Positions 51,001-59,259 are shown, numbered from the stretch's first letter. The stretch: 64,000 nt of DNA from an uncultured Candidatus Binatia bacterium (GCA_965213675.1 CBDCAF010000018.1:1-64000), one strand, 5' to 3'. Notes: a model not told the origin generated them from the letters alone. Program-made: numbers and translations.

Positions 51001-53229
51001 AGCTTCCAGGGAAGCATCGTCCTCGGAATGGGCTTCACCTTTGACGACACGGACAAGAAGGGCGTCGCCAACCCGCTGTCGGAGATGCAGCGGCTGATCG
51101 AAGCAGACCCGCGCAACGGCGAGCGCATCTTCCCGTACATCGGTGGCGAGGAGGTGAACACCAGCCCGACCCACGCCCATCACCGATACGTGATCAACTT
51201 TGAGGACTTTCCGTTGCGGAGGGAGGACCTGGGAAAGCAGTGGGCGGACGCGGGGGAAGACTTGCGCCGCACATGGCTGCGGCGCGGGGTGGTCCCGCTG
51301 GACTATCCGGAGCCGGTGGCAGCGGATTGGCCGGATTTGCTGGCGATTGTGGATGAGCGAGTGAGGCCGGAGCGAAGCAAGCTCACGAAGAATCCCATCG
51401 GTCGAAAGCGAGCGGAGTTCTGGTGGCGTTACGGCTCGACGGCAAACGAACTCTACGCCGCCAGCGCCAGTCAGCCTCGAGTTTTGGTGATTTCGAGATA
51501 CGGACAAGTTGCTGCATTCACGTTCTTGCCCGCCGGCGCTGTCTATAGCGATTCATGCATCATATTCCCGGTCGACACCTATGCCGCCCTGTGCGTCCTC
51601 CAGTCCCGCCCCCACGAGATCTGGGTGCGCTTCTTTGGCTCGTCGATGAAGGACGACCTCCGCTACACGCCATCCGACTGCTTCGAGACTTTCGCTTTTC
51701 CTGATGATTGGGCAACGGCCACGGCGCTGGAGGCCGCAGGCAAGGCGTATTTTGAGCACCGAGTGACGCTGATGCTCTGTAACGGTGAGGGTCTGACCAG
51801 AACCTTAAACCGCTTTCATGACCCCTACGATGGCAATCCGAATATCATCCGTCTCCGAGAACTCCACGCCGCCATGGACCGCGCCGTCCTCGACGCCTAC
51901 GGCTGGACCGACATCCCCACCGACTGTGATTTCCTCCTCGACTACGAAATCGACGAGGCTACTTGGGGCGTGAAGAAAAAGCCGTACCGCTATCGCTGGC
52001 CCGACAAAATTTGCGACGAAGTCCTTGCTCGCCTTCTCGCCCTCAATGTTGAGCGTTCCGAAGAGGAAGCCCGTGCACGGCTGGTGCAGAAGCCGGTCCG
52101 AAAGAAACGCCATCGCGTCCTGATGGTGGCAGAACAACCTCCTCTCTGGGATCGTCCAATGACTGACCAGACTCCACAGCGGTTCACGCCGTTGGTGAAG
52201 CGCTCTCGTCCCAAGCCTTCGACGATCTATCCGGTTCTCTGGAAATTTGCGTGTGAGCGCCAGCGGGTCTATCTACGGCGCGTCGCAGGCGACCCAAGCC
52301 CGTGGACTACGGACACTGTGCTGTCAGAATACAAGTTCACGAATGCCTTCAGAGCCGCTGACAGGGTGAGTCAGTACCTGATTCAGTTGATCTATTCTGA
52401 TGCTAAGGCCAGCGGCGCCAACGTGTTTCTGAGAGCCCTTTTATTCAAGGTCTTCAACAAGATCGAGACGTGGGACAGGGTCGTTAACGGACTCGGCATG
52501 CCTGTCGCTCACGAGTTCGACTACGCGGCGTGCGACGATTTGCTTGTCAATCTTCGTCGGCAGGGGGCGCCGATTTACTCCGCCGCTTACATCATGCCAT
52601 CGGGAGGACGAGTCGGGATGCCGAAGCACCGGATGCATCTCGAACTGATTCGCAGAATGCTTGATGAACGCCTTCCGGAGAAGCTGCAGGAGTCGAAGTC
52701 GCTGGCTGAAGCCTACGAGATGGTTCTTTTGTATCCCACGTTGGGACCCTTTCTCGCTTTCCAGTACGTTATCGACCTAAATTATTCGACCCTGATGAAC
52801 CACTCGGAACAGAGATTCGTGGTTGCCGGCCCCGGCGCCTTGGATGGACTGTCCAAGTGCTTCGAGTCGCTTGGGGAGTATGATCCGGCCGACGCCATCC
52901 TATGGTTGTCCGACATCCAAGCGGACGAGTTCGCGCGGTATGGACTCGAATTCGGGGGTCTATGGGGACGCCCGCTTCAGCCGATCGATGTCCAGAATCT
53001 GTTCTGTGAGGTCTCGAAGTACACTCGGGTGACACATCCAGAGATAAGAGGCCTGACCAAGCGTAAACGCATCAAGCAAAGATTTGCGATGACAGGGCCG
53101 CTCGCCAAGCCCTTCTTCCCGCCCAAATGGGGCTTGAATCAACGAATTGACGAGTGGCTCCCGCGCCGAACGGGTGCAACTCTCGAACAACGCGAGCTTT
53201 TCTTCCCAACCCCAGCCAGGCCTACGTGA
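48079..53229 (+). CDS. drmMI: DISARM N6-adenine DNA methyltransferase fused in frame to an aGPT-Pplase1-like (base hypermodification) domain
   Basis: RSGSNYTP, DPAMGSGAFL, GNPPF and YIGGEE motifs; no stop before FACERQ...PWT.D..L..YKFTNAFRAADRVSQYLI...FLAFQY..DLNYS...IDVQNLFCEVSKY; internal ATG at 52159. Confidence 0.82.
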   Translation: MPAPDPHTRAHLEWLGFIQPNGLVVSAPALVKAGAILNRHDVEGQELLDAWLNQRDGSPARPREQCLQDFRVFAKTILGWGFSPKGYAGTEETPIPAALKVPLPDYGETLRPDFAVCERDPQAGELPWQLLVQVLEEGEGFDRPTAGGLKTSPQDRMERLLRSTGVPAGVLFNGAALRLVSAPRGESSGWMDFRLADMAQTAGRPLCAALRLLLCEQRLLTGPKEHRLAALLADSRRYQNEVSERLSEQVMHALYDLLRGFQAAQDESRGELLREPLSAEGDPNDIYRGLLAVILRLVFLLYAEERRMLPGGETFIQHYSVGGLYQRLREEAALHPDTMDQRYGAWAQLLVLFRLIHDGAGGHKTGGSVSLPERRGVLFNPDRYPFLEGRHSGGGRQITERVQPPLVSDGAVYRVLEKLVVLDGERISYRTLDVEQIGSVYEVIMGFRLETATGRSMSVKSAKKLGAPSTVDLDELARQPGERRGKWLQDRVDRTLTDTVRKGLRAADTVDDLHLALDRVLDKDATPDLVTPGSLVLQPSDERRRSGSNYTPRELTEPIVRHTLEPLLNRLRGEDGQAPSPARILDLKICDPAMGSGAFLVETCRQLADALTEAWHKHDETPVIPPDEDEGIHARRLVAQKCLYGIDRNPMAVDLAKTSLWLSTLARDHPLTFLDHAFRHGDALVGLTRKQAEAFHWIPDRPPEEGFEIMRVREHMTELAALRQRIRDAGEDVSDQELHDIWQDARDELGAVRLYGDLALAAFFAETKRGPREGKRREFAAAAWGGQAERYLGWIGDQRGSDPPLAPFHWEIEFPEVFERENPGFDAFVGNPPFAGKNSVVAGNVVGYPDWLKTVHRESHGNADLVAHFYRRAFNLLREGGAFGLIATNTIAQGDTRSTGLRWICENNGSIFRATKRVKWPGDAAVVVSVLHVAKGEFAGTKVLDGRDVENITAFLFHKGGHADPARLEANAGKSFQGSIVLGMGFTFDDTDKKGVANPLSEMQRLIEADPRNGERIFPYIGGEEVNTSPTHAHHRYVINFEDFPLRREDLGKQWADAGEDLRRTWLRRGVVPLDYPEPVAADWPDLLAIVDERVRPERSKLTKNPIGRKRAEFWWRYGSTANELYAASASQPRVLVISRYGQVAAFTFLPAGAVYSDSCIIFPVDTYAALCVLQSRPHEIWVRFFGSSMKDDLRYTPSDCFETFAFPDDWATATALEAAGKAYFEHRVTLMLCNGEGLTRTLNRFHDPYDGNPNIIRLRELHAAMDRAVLDAYGWTDIPTDCDFLLDYEIDEATWGVKKKPYRYRWPDKICDEVLARLLALNVERSEEEARARLVQKPVRKKRHRVLMVAEQPPLWDRPMTDQTPQRFTPLVKRSRPKPSTIYPVLWKFACERQRVYLRRVAGDPSPWTTDTVLSEYKFTNAFRAADRVSQYLIQLIYSDAKASGANVFLRALLFKVFNKIETWDRVVNGLGMPVAHEFDYAACDDLLVNLRRQGAPIYSAAYIMPSGGRVGMPKHRMHLELIRRMLDERLPEKLQESKSLAEAYEMVLLYPTLGPFLAFQYVIDLNYSTLMNHSEQRFVVAGPGALDGLSKCFESLGEYDPADAILWLSDIQADEFARYGLEFGGLWGRPLQPIDVQNLFCEVSKYTRVTHPEIRGLTKRKRIKQRFAMTGPLAKPFFPPKWGLNQRIDEWLPRRTGATLEQRELFFPTPARPT

Positions 53230-54301
53230 TTTCGCGGTAAAGAAGTTGCCGTTGATTCATGTCGAGCGTTACGTGTCCTCCCTCGTGTTCCCGGAGAGAC
53301 CTGAACACGCGATATCCTTTGAGAATGGCGGTTTCCCACCGCCATAGGGGAAGTTTGGCGACCTCGAAGCCTTGTATGAACTCCTTTACGGCCTTGAGCA
53401 GGTCATAGTCGACCTGGTCGATATTGTCGTAGTAGTTCATTTTCTTTGCCCGGCTGAATACAATGGCGGATACGGCCTCTTCGATAATTCTCGCCCGCGC
53501 ACCGTCCTCGTTCTCGTCCACCAGTGGATCGCTCTTCCGCTTGCACTTCAGTAGGTGTCTTATGACAGGTGACCATCCGAGGTACACGGCGTAAGCGAAA
53601 TGGAAAACATCGTGAAACCGGTAGAAGTCAGGCTGTCCGATATTGTCCGTCAGGCGATCCCCGAAGTTCAGTCCGTTACACCGGAGTATGGCCGTCACCT
53701 TGCTGTCCCGCTGGACTTGGCGAAAGTCGATATCGAGTTTACGTGGGAGCTGTTCCTCTTCCGGGAAGCCCTCATCGAAGAAAGGTGGGACGACATACCT
53801 CTCGGGCCATCGGCTCTGCGTCTTTTCCTGGTTCGTTCGCGCGGCCTCGTAGAGGTCGACGCCGGCGCCTTCCGCAACGTGAAATAGGGCGTCCCAGGTT
53901 GGCCCAAGCCTTCCGGAATCCATTCGGTCACGGTTTTGCACTGCACTGAGTAATTCGCCCGCCGCAACCCCGAGGGCCACTCCATCCCCCAAGGGTCCTG
54001 GGCTTCGCCCCGATAGGGCCTGCGCTCGCTTGTTCGCACGGTTCAGTGCCGACGGATCAAGAATGGCGGAGAGGCGCGCCAAGTACCAAAGACAATCTCC
54101 GATTTCTTCGACGAGCCGCTTACGGTATGCGGGATAGGCGTCGGTTTCACGTTGTTCCTTTTTCAATTCGGCGAGAACACTCCCCGCTTCACCGAAAAGA
54201 CCTGCCGCAAGGATGAGGGCGTGGTTCGGTTTGTCGACGAGTTGATCCGTTCGCTTTGCAGACTTGGCGTATTCAATGAGCCAAGACATCGGCTTTCTCA
54301 T
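53222..54301 (-). CDS. MazG-like nucleotide pyrophosphohydrolase with MazG_C domain
   Basis: GLFGEAG..EL..EEIGDCLWYL acidic motif; YRFHDVFHFAY..LGWSPVIR..KRKS...EDGARA..IEE. Confidence 0.8.
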   Translation of the reverse strand: MRKPMSWLIEYAKSAKRTDQLVDKPNHALILAAGLFGEAGSVLAELKKEQRETDAYPAYRKRLVEEIGDCLWYLARLSAILDPSALNRANKRAQALSGRSPGPLGDGVALGVAAGELLSAVQNRDRMDSGRLGPTWDALFHVAEGAGVDLYEAARTNQEKTQSRWPERYVVPPFFDEGFPEEEQLPRKLDIDFRQVQRDSKVTAILRCNGLNFGDRLTDNIGQPDFYRFHDVFHFAYAVYLGWSPVIRHLLKCKRKSDPLVDENEDGARARIIEEAVSAIVFSRAKKMNYYDNIDQVDYDLLKAVKEFIQGFEVAKLPLWRWETAILKGYRVFRSLREHEGGHVTLDMNQRQLLYREIT

Positions 54302-55067
54302 GTGCTTCCTTCAAGGAACGGAGATCGTCGAGCAGTTTCTGTAGCCGTCTTTCCGACCCCTCAAGGGTGGCATAAGACGAGTGGACCACCAGGGTGCCCA
54401 TGTCCTGCCCGGTCTCTTTGGCGACACAATCCTGGAGGCGGGCCAAACCAAGCAGGTTGCCTGGTACCTTGTATCGGTAGTCATGGCTCCGGTAGAATGC
54501 TGTCAGGTGGACCGCACCAACGAAGAGCTTGAACGAAAGGTGGGAGAGACAAGGATCGCCCCGTCGGCGTTTACCGTCTTTCACCGTGTTGTAGAGGGGC
54601 ATGTCGTATTCCCCTTCGGCGACATTAATGTCGTAACGGGATTTCATGGTTCCCTTGGTCGAAAGCTCCTTCTTCATATTGTCTATCATCTCCTTCAAGG
54701 GGTTCATGTCCGTGCCATCGGCTGTCTTTCGTCGAACCAGCCGATAGGCGTAGGTGTCCCAAAGGATCTTTGGATGCCGCTTGATCGCCGGAAAGGTCTT
54801 ATCGGGGTAGTCGTCGTAGACGCCCTTCAGTCCCCGCCTGCGATATTCTGACAAGGGAAAGATCGTTTCGGCCACCGAGTGAATCGGTAGTTGGTTTTCG
54901 CCCATAAAGAAGTCATCGAGTTTTTGCTCTGCGGCCTTGGGATAGCCCCTCTTTCCCGGTTCTCCGATCTCCAGCACAAGGTTCAGCATGGGACCGTTGG
55001 ACAACAGGAACTCGGCGGCGTCAACCCAGGCATCCATCCAGGCAGCGGTCTGGATCAATTTTGCCAT
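54273..55067 (-). CDS. Divergent thymidylate-synthase-superfamily enzyme
   Basis: PCLSHLSF (catalytic Cys), LTAFYRSHD, PGNLLGLARL and LVVHS motifs. Confidence 0.7.
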   Translation of the reverse strand: MAKLIQTAAWMDAWVDAAEFLLSNGPMLNLVLEIGEPGKRGYPKAAEQKLDDFFMGENQLPIHSVAETIFPLSEYRRRGLKGVYDDYPDKTFPAIKRHPKILWDTYAYRLVRRKTADGTDMNPLKEMIDNMKKELSTKGTMKSRYDINVAEGEYDMPLYNTVKDGKRRRGDPCLSHLSFKLFVGAVHLTAFYRSHDYRYKVPGNLLGLARLQDCVAKETGQDMGTLVVHSSYATLEGSERRLQKLLDDLRSLKEAHEKADVLAH

Positions 55068-55696
55068 CACGTCACCTCCTCCGTGAGGGCCAGTAGGTCG
55101 CGTAGATGACGGGCGAGGAAGGCGTCGTCGAGCCATGCATGGCCGTTGTCACCCCATTCGGCACCCCAGCTATTCCTGACCAGGAAGCACCGCGATGTAT
55201 CGGCGGTCCCCAAACCGACCGCTACGACTGCGTGAAGACCTCGGATCGGGCCGTCGTGCGAGATTAACCAAAGAGGTGTAGGCGACAAAAAGTCGTCTGG
55301 TATGGAAATGCCGAGAACAGGCGTTTGCCCAGCGTTTAGCAGGGTTTCGACCTCATCTGCGGTAGCATCCTTCTGAACGCTCTTGCGTGGGTACAGTCGC
55401 ACGCCTGCCGGTGGCATCCAGCCGAGAGGCAAACCGTCGGGATAGTAGGGGCAGTCTGCTTCCGCGGGCTGCCCAGGGTCTTGCAGGGCACGAGATGTCT
55501 CCAGGAATGCTGCGCCATCCGTCGGATTGTGGACCGACGCAAAGTAGTGGAGATACTCCGGCGAGAGCGCCATCTTGGAGCCGCGCACGCGTTCGTGTGC
55601 GCTCGTGCAGGCAAATGATAGACATGTGGGCCGGGCGCCCTGGTCCCGAATCGGGCCGAGGCTTTGCCGGTGGTCGACGAGAACGGTGATGTTCAT
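55067..55696 (-). CDS. Papain-like C1 cysteine peptidase (no signal peptide or prodomain)
   Basis: IRDQGARPTCLSFA, LHAVVAVG and VRNSWGAEWGDNGHAW motifs. Confidence 0.85.
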   Translation of the reverse strand: MNITVLVDHRQSLGPIRDQGARPTCLSFACTSAHERVRGSKMALSPEYLHYFASVHNPTDGAAFLETSRALQDPGQPAEADCPYYPDGLPLGWMPPAGVRLYPRKSVQKDATADEVETLLNAGQTPVLGISIPDDFLSPTPLWLISHDGPIRGLHAVVAVGLGTADTSRCFLVRNSWGAEWGDNGHAWLDDAFLARHLRDLLALTEEVT

Positions 55697-56676
55697 GCTG
55701 CATTTGCCAGTGCGTCGAGTTTGGCTTTTCTCGGGAAGCCGCCGGATTCCTTTCCATGAGCATCGATTTTGATCGCGATATGGTCGAGTGTCGCGCCGCT
55801 CCATGGGCGGGCGTGTTCAAAGGCGAGTCGATGTGTGCCAGGAGTATTGAAACGGACATACACGACACGGGCTGAAGGCCGTCCATAGACTCTGTCCGAG
55901 TCTGCTGTGTGCTCTGCGATGACCTCGGAGCTGGCTCCGGTGTCGATGAGCCTCCAGATGTAGCCGGCGGAAACGTTGTCCTCCAGATGGACTGCGAAGA
56001 GATCGTCGGGTCCGGCTTCGAGAAACGTGTCGGTGTCACCACAGGTCAAAGCCCAGACGTCGGCCCAGGAGTTCGTGATCAGTTCTGCGGGTGCCAACGC
56101 CCGCTTCAGTTCCTTGACCGGCGTCGCTTCGAGTTGTTTGGCTTCCGCGCGCGTAAGGACCTTGGACGTTACCAAACCCCAGCATGCGGCTTGGTAGCTG
56201 ATGCCCAAGCGAAGGGAAAGTTGGTAGATGTTGCGCGGTTGATGCAGCTCTTGCCTTTTCCAGCCATGGCGTGTGGCGGATTCTACCATGAGCTGTTTTG
56301 ATGCCAGCAGCTCCGAGGCAAAGGTGTCAGCGGCCACCTCCTCAATCGCACGTGACCCTGAAGCGTGACGTCCCGCGAACCCAACGGTTTTATCCAGGCT
56401 TGACTCATGCCCCAGCACCCAGTGTCCGAGCTCGTGGGCCAGTGTAAACCGCTGAACGGCCAGTCCCATGCGACTCGTAACGATGATGCCTCGGGCACCC
56501 TTGCCAGCGGGAACAACGGCGCCCCAAAGATGATCCAGCGGCCGAAAGACGAGGGGGATGTCCCGCGTGGTGATCGCGCTGACAATGTCGAAACTGGTGC
56601 GGTCACTCTTGGCAGTTGAGGCGAGAATCTTGGCTGCTTCTCTGACGGCTCGCAAAGTCTCGTTACGTCTGTTCAT
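55693..56676 (-). CDS. ImmA/IrrE metallopeptidase with C-terminal chagasin (I42)-like domain
   Basis: RFTLAHELGH and E..AD.FASELL; C-terminal LEDNVSAGYIW...PGTHRLAFEHARPW. Confidence 0.78.
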   Translation of the reverse strand: MNRRNETLRAVREAAKILASTAKSDRTSFDIVSAITTRDIPLVFRPLDHLWGAVVPAGKGARGIIVTSRMGLAVQRFTLAHELGHWVLGHESSLDKTVGFAGRHASGSRAIEEVAADTFASELLASKQLMVESATRHGWKRQELHQPRNIYQLSLRLGISYQAACWGLVTSKVLTRAEAKQLEATPVKELKRALAPAELITNSWADVWALTCGDTDTFLEAGPDDLFAVHLEDNVSAGYIWRLIDTGASSEVIAEHTADSDRVYGRPSARVVYVRFNTPGTHRLAFEHARPWSGATLDHIAIKIDAHGKESGGFPRKAKLDALANAA

Positions 56677-57025
56677 CCGGTTTCCTCGACCGCAGGAATT
56701 GGGCGAAACGAAGAACCTCCTCCCGGTCGGTCACCGACAGTTCAGCGGTCGCCCGTGCTACCAGTCGTACCGACTCCGGCTCCGGGCTCTCCAGATCGGG
56801 TCCGGTGAGGCTCTCCATGTTGGTCTGATAGAGCGTGGCAAGGCGCTGAAGTTCCAATGCATCGACACGTCGCGCCCGATTCTCCATGAGTGAAATGGCG
56901 GATCTGGGAAGGCCGAGATGTGCGGCAACCTCTTCCTGGGTGAACCCGCAGTATTCCCGCGCCTCCTTTAGCCGCGTGCTCAGGGTGCCACGCTTGGCTG
57001 GCTGGCCGTGATTATCGTCGTTCAT
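56663..57025 (-). CDS. XRE-family HTH transcriptional regulator
   Basis: RLKEAREYCGFTQEEVA..LG..RSAISLMEN; GGAGGT RBS. Confidence 0.88.
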   Translation of the reverse strand: MNDDNHGQPAKRGTLSTRLKEAREYCGFTQEEVAAHLGLPRSAISLMENRARRVDALELQRLATLYQTNMESLTGPDLESPEPESVRLVARATAELSVTDREEVLRFAQFLRSRKPDEQT

Positions 57026-57059
57026 TTACCACCTCCAATCGGATGGGTTGGCGTCAAGC

Positions 57060-57455
57060 TCAGGAGATCTTTCTCATCATTTCGGGTACAAGATGATCGA
57101 TCATGTCGTCGATGCTCTGGTAACCTCCAGGACGAATCAGCCGAACGTCAATGGGGCGACCTAGGTATCGCTGAAAAATCGGAGAGCTGCGGGCCACAGC
57201 CTTTGAGTCCAACTCAGGCATGGAATCCCACAGGTCGGAGTTGCTCCTGTCACTGACCATTCCGTTACGACTCGCTTCCACTTGTAAATCCCAGTCTCCC
57301 ATCTCCTGACTCGCCCATTCCCTGAGTTCTTTTCTCAAGAGGGCCTCCTTGTTCGGCCCACGGCCCCTCACGGTCCTCAGCGTGGAGGTATCCCAGAACG
57401 AAAGGGGAATCTGGGATGAAGATTTAGGGGCTTGGGTAGGGATTTTGTGTTCCAT
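57060..57455 (-). CDS. Hypothetical protein, possible divergent acyl-carrier-like protein
   Basis: ELDSKAV...YLGRPID...YQSIDDMIDHL matches ACP helix II-IV spacing; directly downstream of a PPTase; start uncertain. Confidence 0.5.
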   Translation of the reverse strand: MEHKIPTQAPKSSSQIPLSFWDTSTLRTVRGRGPNKEALLRKELREWASQEMGDWDLQVEASRNGMVSDRSNSDLWDSMPELDSKAVARSSPIFQRYLGRPIDVRLIRPGGYQSIDDMIDHLVPEMMRKIS

Positions 57456-57489
57456 AACGGAACAAGATTAGCACCGTAATGTTCGAAAG

Positions 57490-58161
57490 TCAAACATTGC
57501 GTTGGGGCAATTCCGGCTGTTGTGACAACAAGGCAACTGAGCCCACCCAGGGACGGACGGCGGTGGTGCAGCAAACCTCTACAGCGATTCGGTCGAAATG
57601 AGCAACGCCGTTCATCATCCCTTGTGGCGCAACTTCCTTCCACGAGAGTCGTACGTTGTCGTAGCCGAATCGGACACCAAGAACAGGGTTCAAAGCCTTG
57701 AAAACGGCTTCCTTCACCGACAGTAGGATCACCGAGCCTGCAACACCCCAGTCCAGAGGCAACTCGTCGGACGCGATCAGTCCTTTGATTGACAGGAGTT
57801 CCCGACCGCGGTCCAGAGTCTCGATGTCGATGCCGACGGACCTCACGTGACTGATCCGAGATAGCCCAGCCACAACTTTGGTGCCTTTATGGCTCACGCT
57901 CCCCGTGTAACCCGGTGGCCAGTCTCGGGCGCCGGAGGCGAGGTGCCCTGGCTCATTGGCAGACAGCCCAGCACTCTCCAGCAGATTGGTCAGACAGGTC
58001 GCCGTGGCCTTCCGTCTCGCGCGTTCCACGACGGGGACACGTTCAGCGGACAGGACGTCCTGAGGGCCTGGTAGCCAATGCGCAAAAGAACCGCCCCTGA
58101 TGCTCACTTCAGGTGCCAAGCGTTTGAGTTCGTCAACGAGGGGGTCACGTTGCAGATACAT
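57490..58161 (-). CDS. 4'-phosphopantetheinyl transferase (EntD/Sfp-type)
   Basis: WPPGYTGSVSH, VGIDIE and SVKEAVFKA motifs. Confidence 0.8.
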   Translation of the reverse strand: MYLQRDPLVDELKRLAPEVSIRGGSFAHWLPGPQDVLSAERVPVVERARRKATATCLTNLLESAGLSANEPGHLASGARDWPPGYTGSVSHKGTKVVAGLSRISHVRSVGIDIETLDRGRELLSIKGLIASDELPLDWGVAGSVILLSVKEAVFKALNPVLGVRFGYDNVRLSWKEVAPQGMMNGVAHFDRIAVEVCCTTAVRPWVGSVALLSQQPELPQRNV

Positions 58162-58343
58162 GGTTTGATTTTTGCCGTTTACGGGTCTGCGTGGGGTCGA
58201 TATCGGTTGGGTGCCGTGACGACGGCTGGCTTCTCGTTGTCTCCCGTGCCCCAGTTCTTCCGCTTGGGGCATATCGTCTCATCGGGTAACCTATTCTATA
58301 GGCCGCCGGTTCCGTGGGCGAGCCCCCATTGGACGCGATCCTG

Positions 58344-58742
58344 ATGGAAGCCAAACTCAAGCACCTTGAATTTATCCAGGGCGTAGTGAATCGCCTAGCG
58401 TCTGACTCCTTCCGAATGAAGGGCTGGGCGGTGGCCTTGGTTGCTGCGTTCTTTGTCCTGTTGGCAAGGGAAGGACGGATCGAATTTGCCCCGATAGCCG
58501 TGGTTCCCGTGCTTGTCTTCTGGGGACTCGACGGCTACTTCCTGTGGCAGGAACGTCTCTTCCGTGCCCTGTACGATCACGTTCGGCGTGTGAGTGAAGT
58601 CGACATTGACTTCTCCATGGATGTCGGCCCGTTTCGAATGGGCTGGCGACGAACTTGGTTGGGCGCAACATTCTCGAAAACGCTGATCTTCTTCTACGGC
58701 GCGTTGACCATCGCTGTCGGCTTGGTGACGTGCATCTACTGA
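58344..58742 (+). CDS. Small membrane protein upstream of a TIR gene
   Basis: KHLEFIQGVVNRLASDSFRMKGW; ~3 hydrophobic helices; LDGYFLWQERLFRALYD. Confidence 0.7.
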   Translation: MEAKLKHLEFIQGVVNRLASDSFRMKGWAVALVAAFFVLLAREGRIEFAPIAVVPVLVFWGLDGYFLWQERLFRALYDHVRRVSEVDIDFSMDVGPFRMGWRRTWLGATFSKTLIFFYGALTIAVGLVTCIY

Positions 58743-58761
58743 CCGCGAGGAGACACATCCA

Positions 58762-59259
58762 ATGACACGCAGGGTGTTCTACAGCTTTCACTACAACGCC
58801 GACAACTGGCGAGCTGCCATGGTGCGCAATATCGGCAGTATCGAAGGGAGCAGCCCCGCATCGGACAACGACTGGGAGGCCGTGAAGAGGGGCGGGGAAG
58901 CAGCGATCAGGAAATGGATCGCCAACCAAATGCAATACCGCTCCTGTACAGTCGTACTGGTCGGGTCGAATACTGCGAACCGCAAGTGGATCAACCACGA
59001 AATCGTCAAGTCGTGGGATGACGGTATGGGTGTGATAGGGATCCACATTCACGGGCTGAAGGATGCCGACGGCAATACGTCAGCCCGAGGAGCCAATCCG
59101 TTTGACTTCATCACGCTTGGAGATTCTGCGAAGCGGCTATCATCCATAGTGAGGTGTTGTGTTCCCGGCGGCAGCAATAGTCAGGAGAAATATGCCTGGA
59201 TCTCGAAGCACCTCGCGAATGCAGTAGAAGAAGCCATAAAAATACGAAACAATAATTGA
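58762..59259 (+). CDS. TIR-domain protein (ThsB/DUF1863-like)
   Basis: RRVFYSFHY, SCTVVLVG and RKWINHEI (catalytic Glu) motifs. Confidence 0.85.
   Translation: MTRRVFYSFHYNADNWRAAMVRNIGSIEGSSPASDNDWEAVKRGGEAAIRKWIANQMQYRSCTVVLVGSNTANRKWINHEIVKSWDDGMGVIGIHIHGLKDADGNTSARGANPFDFITLGDSAKRLSSIVRCCVPGGSNSQEKYAWISKHLANAVEEAIKIRNNN

Noticed and set aside
44732-53229. BREX or plain type IIG/III restriction-modification locus
   Set aside because: SNF2, MTase and a downstream DrmA-type helicase fit class I DISARM; no pglZ or brxC seen. drmB and drmC would lie beyond the window and are not confirmed
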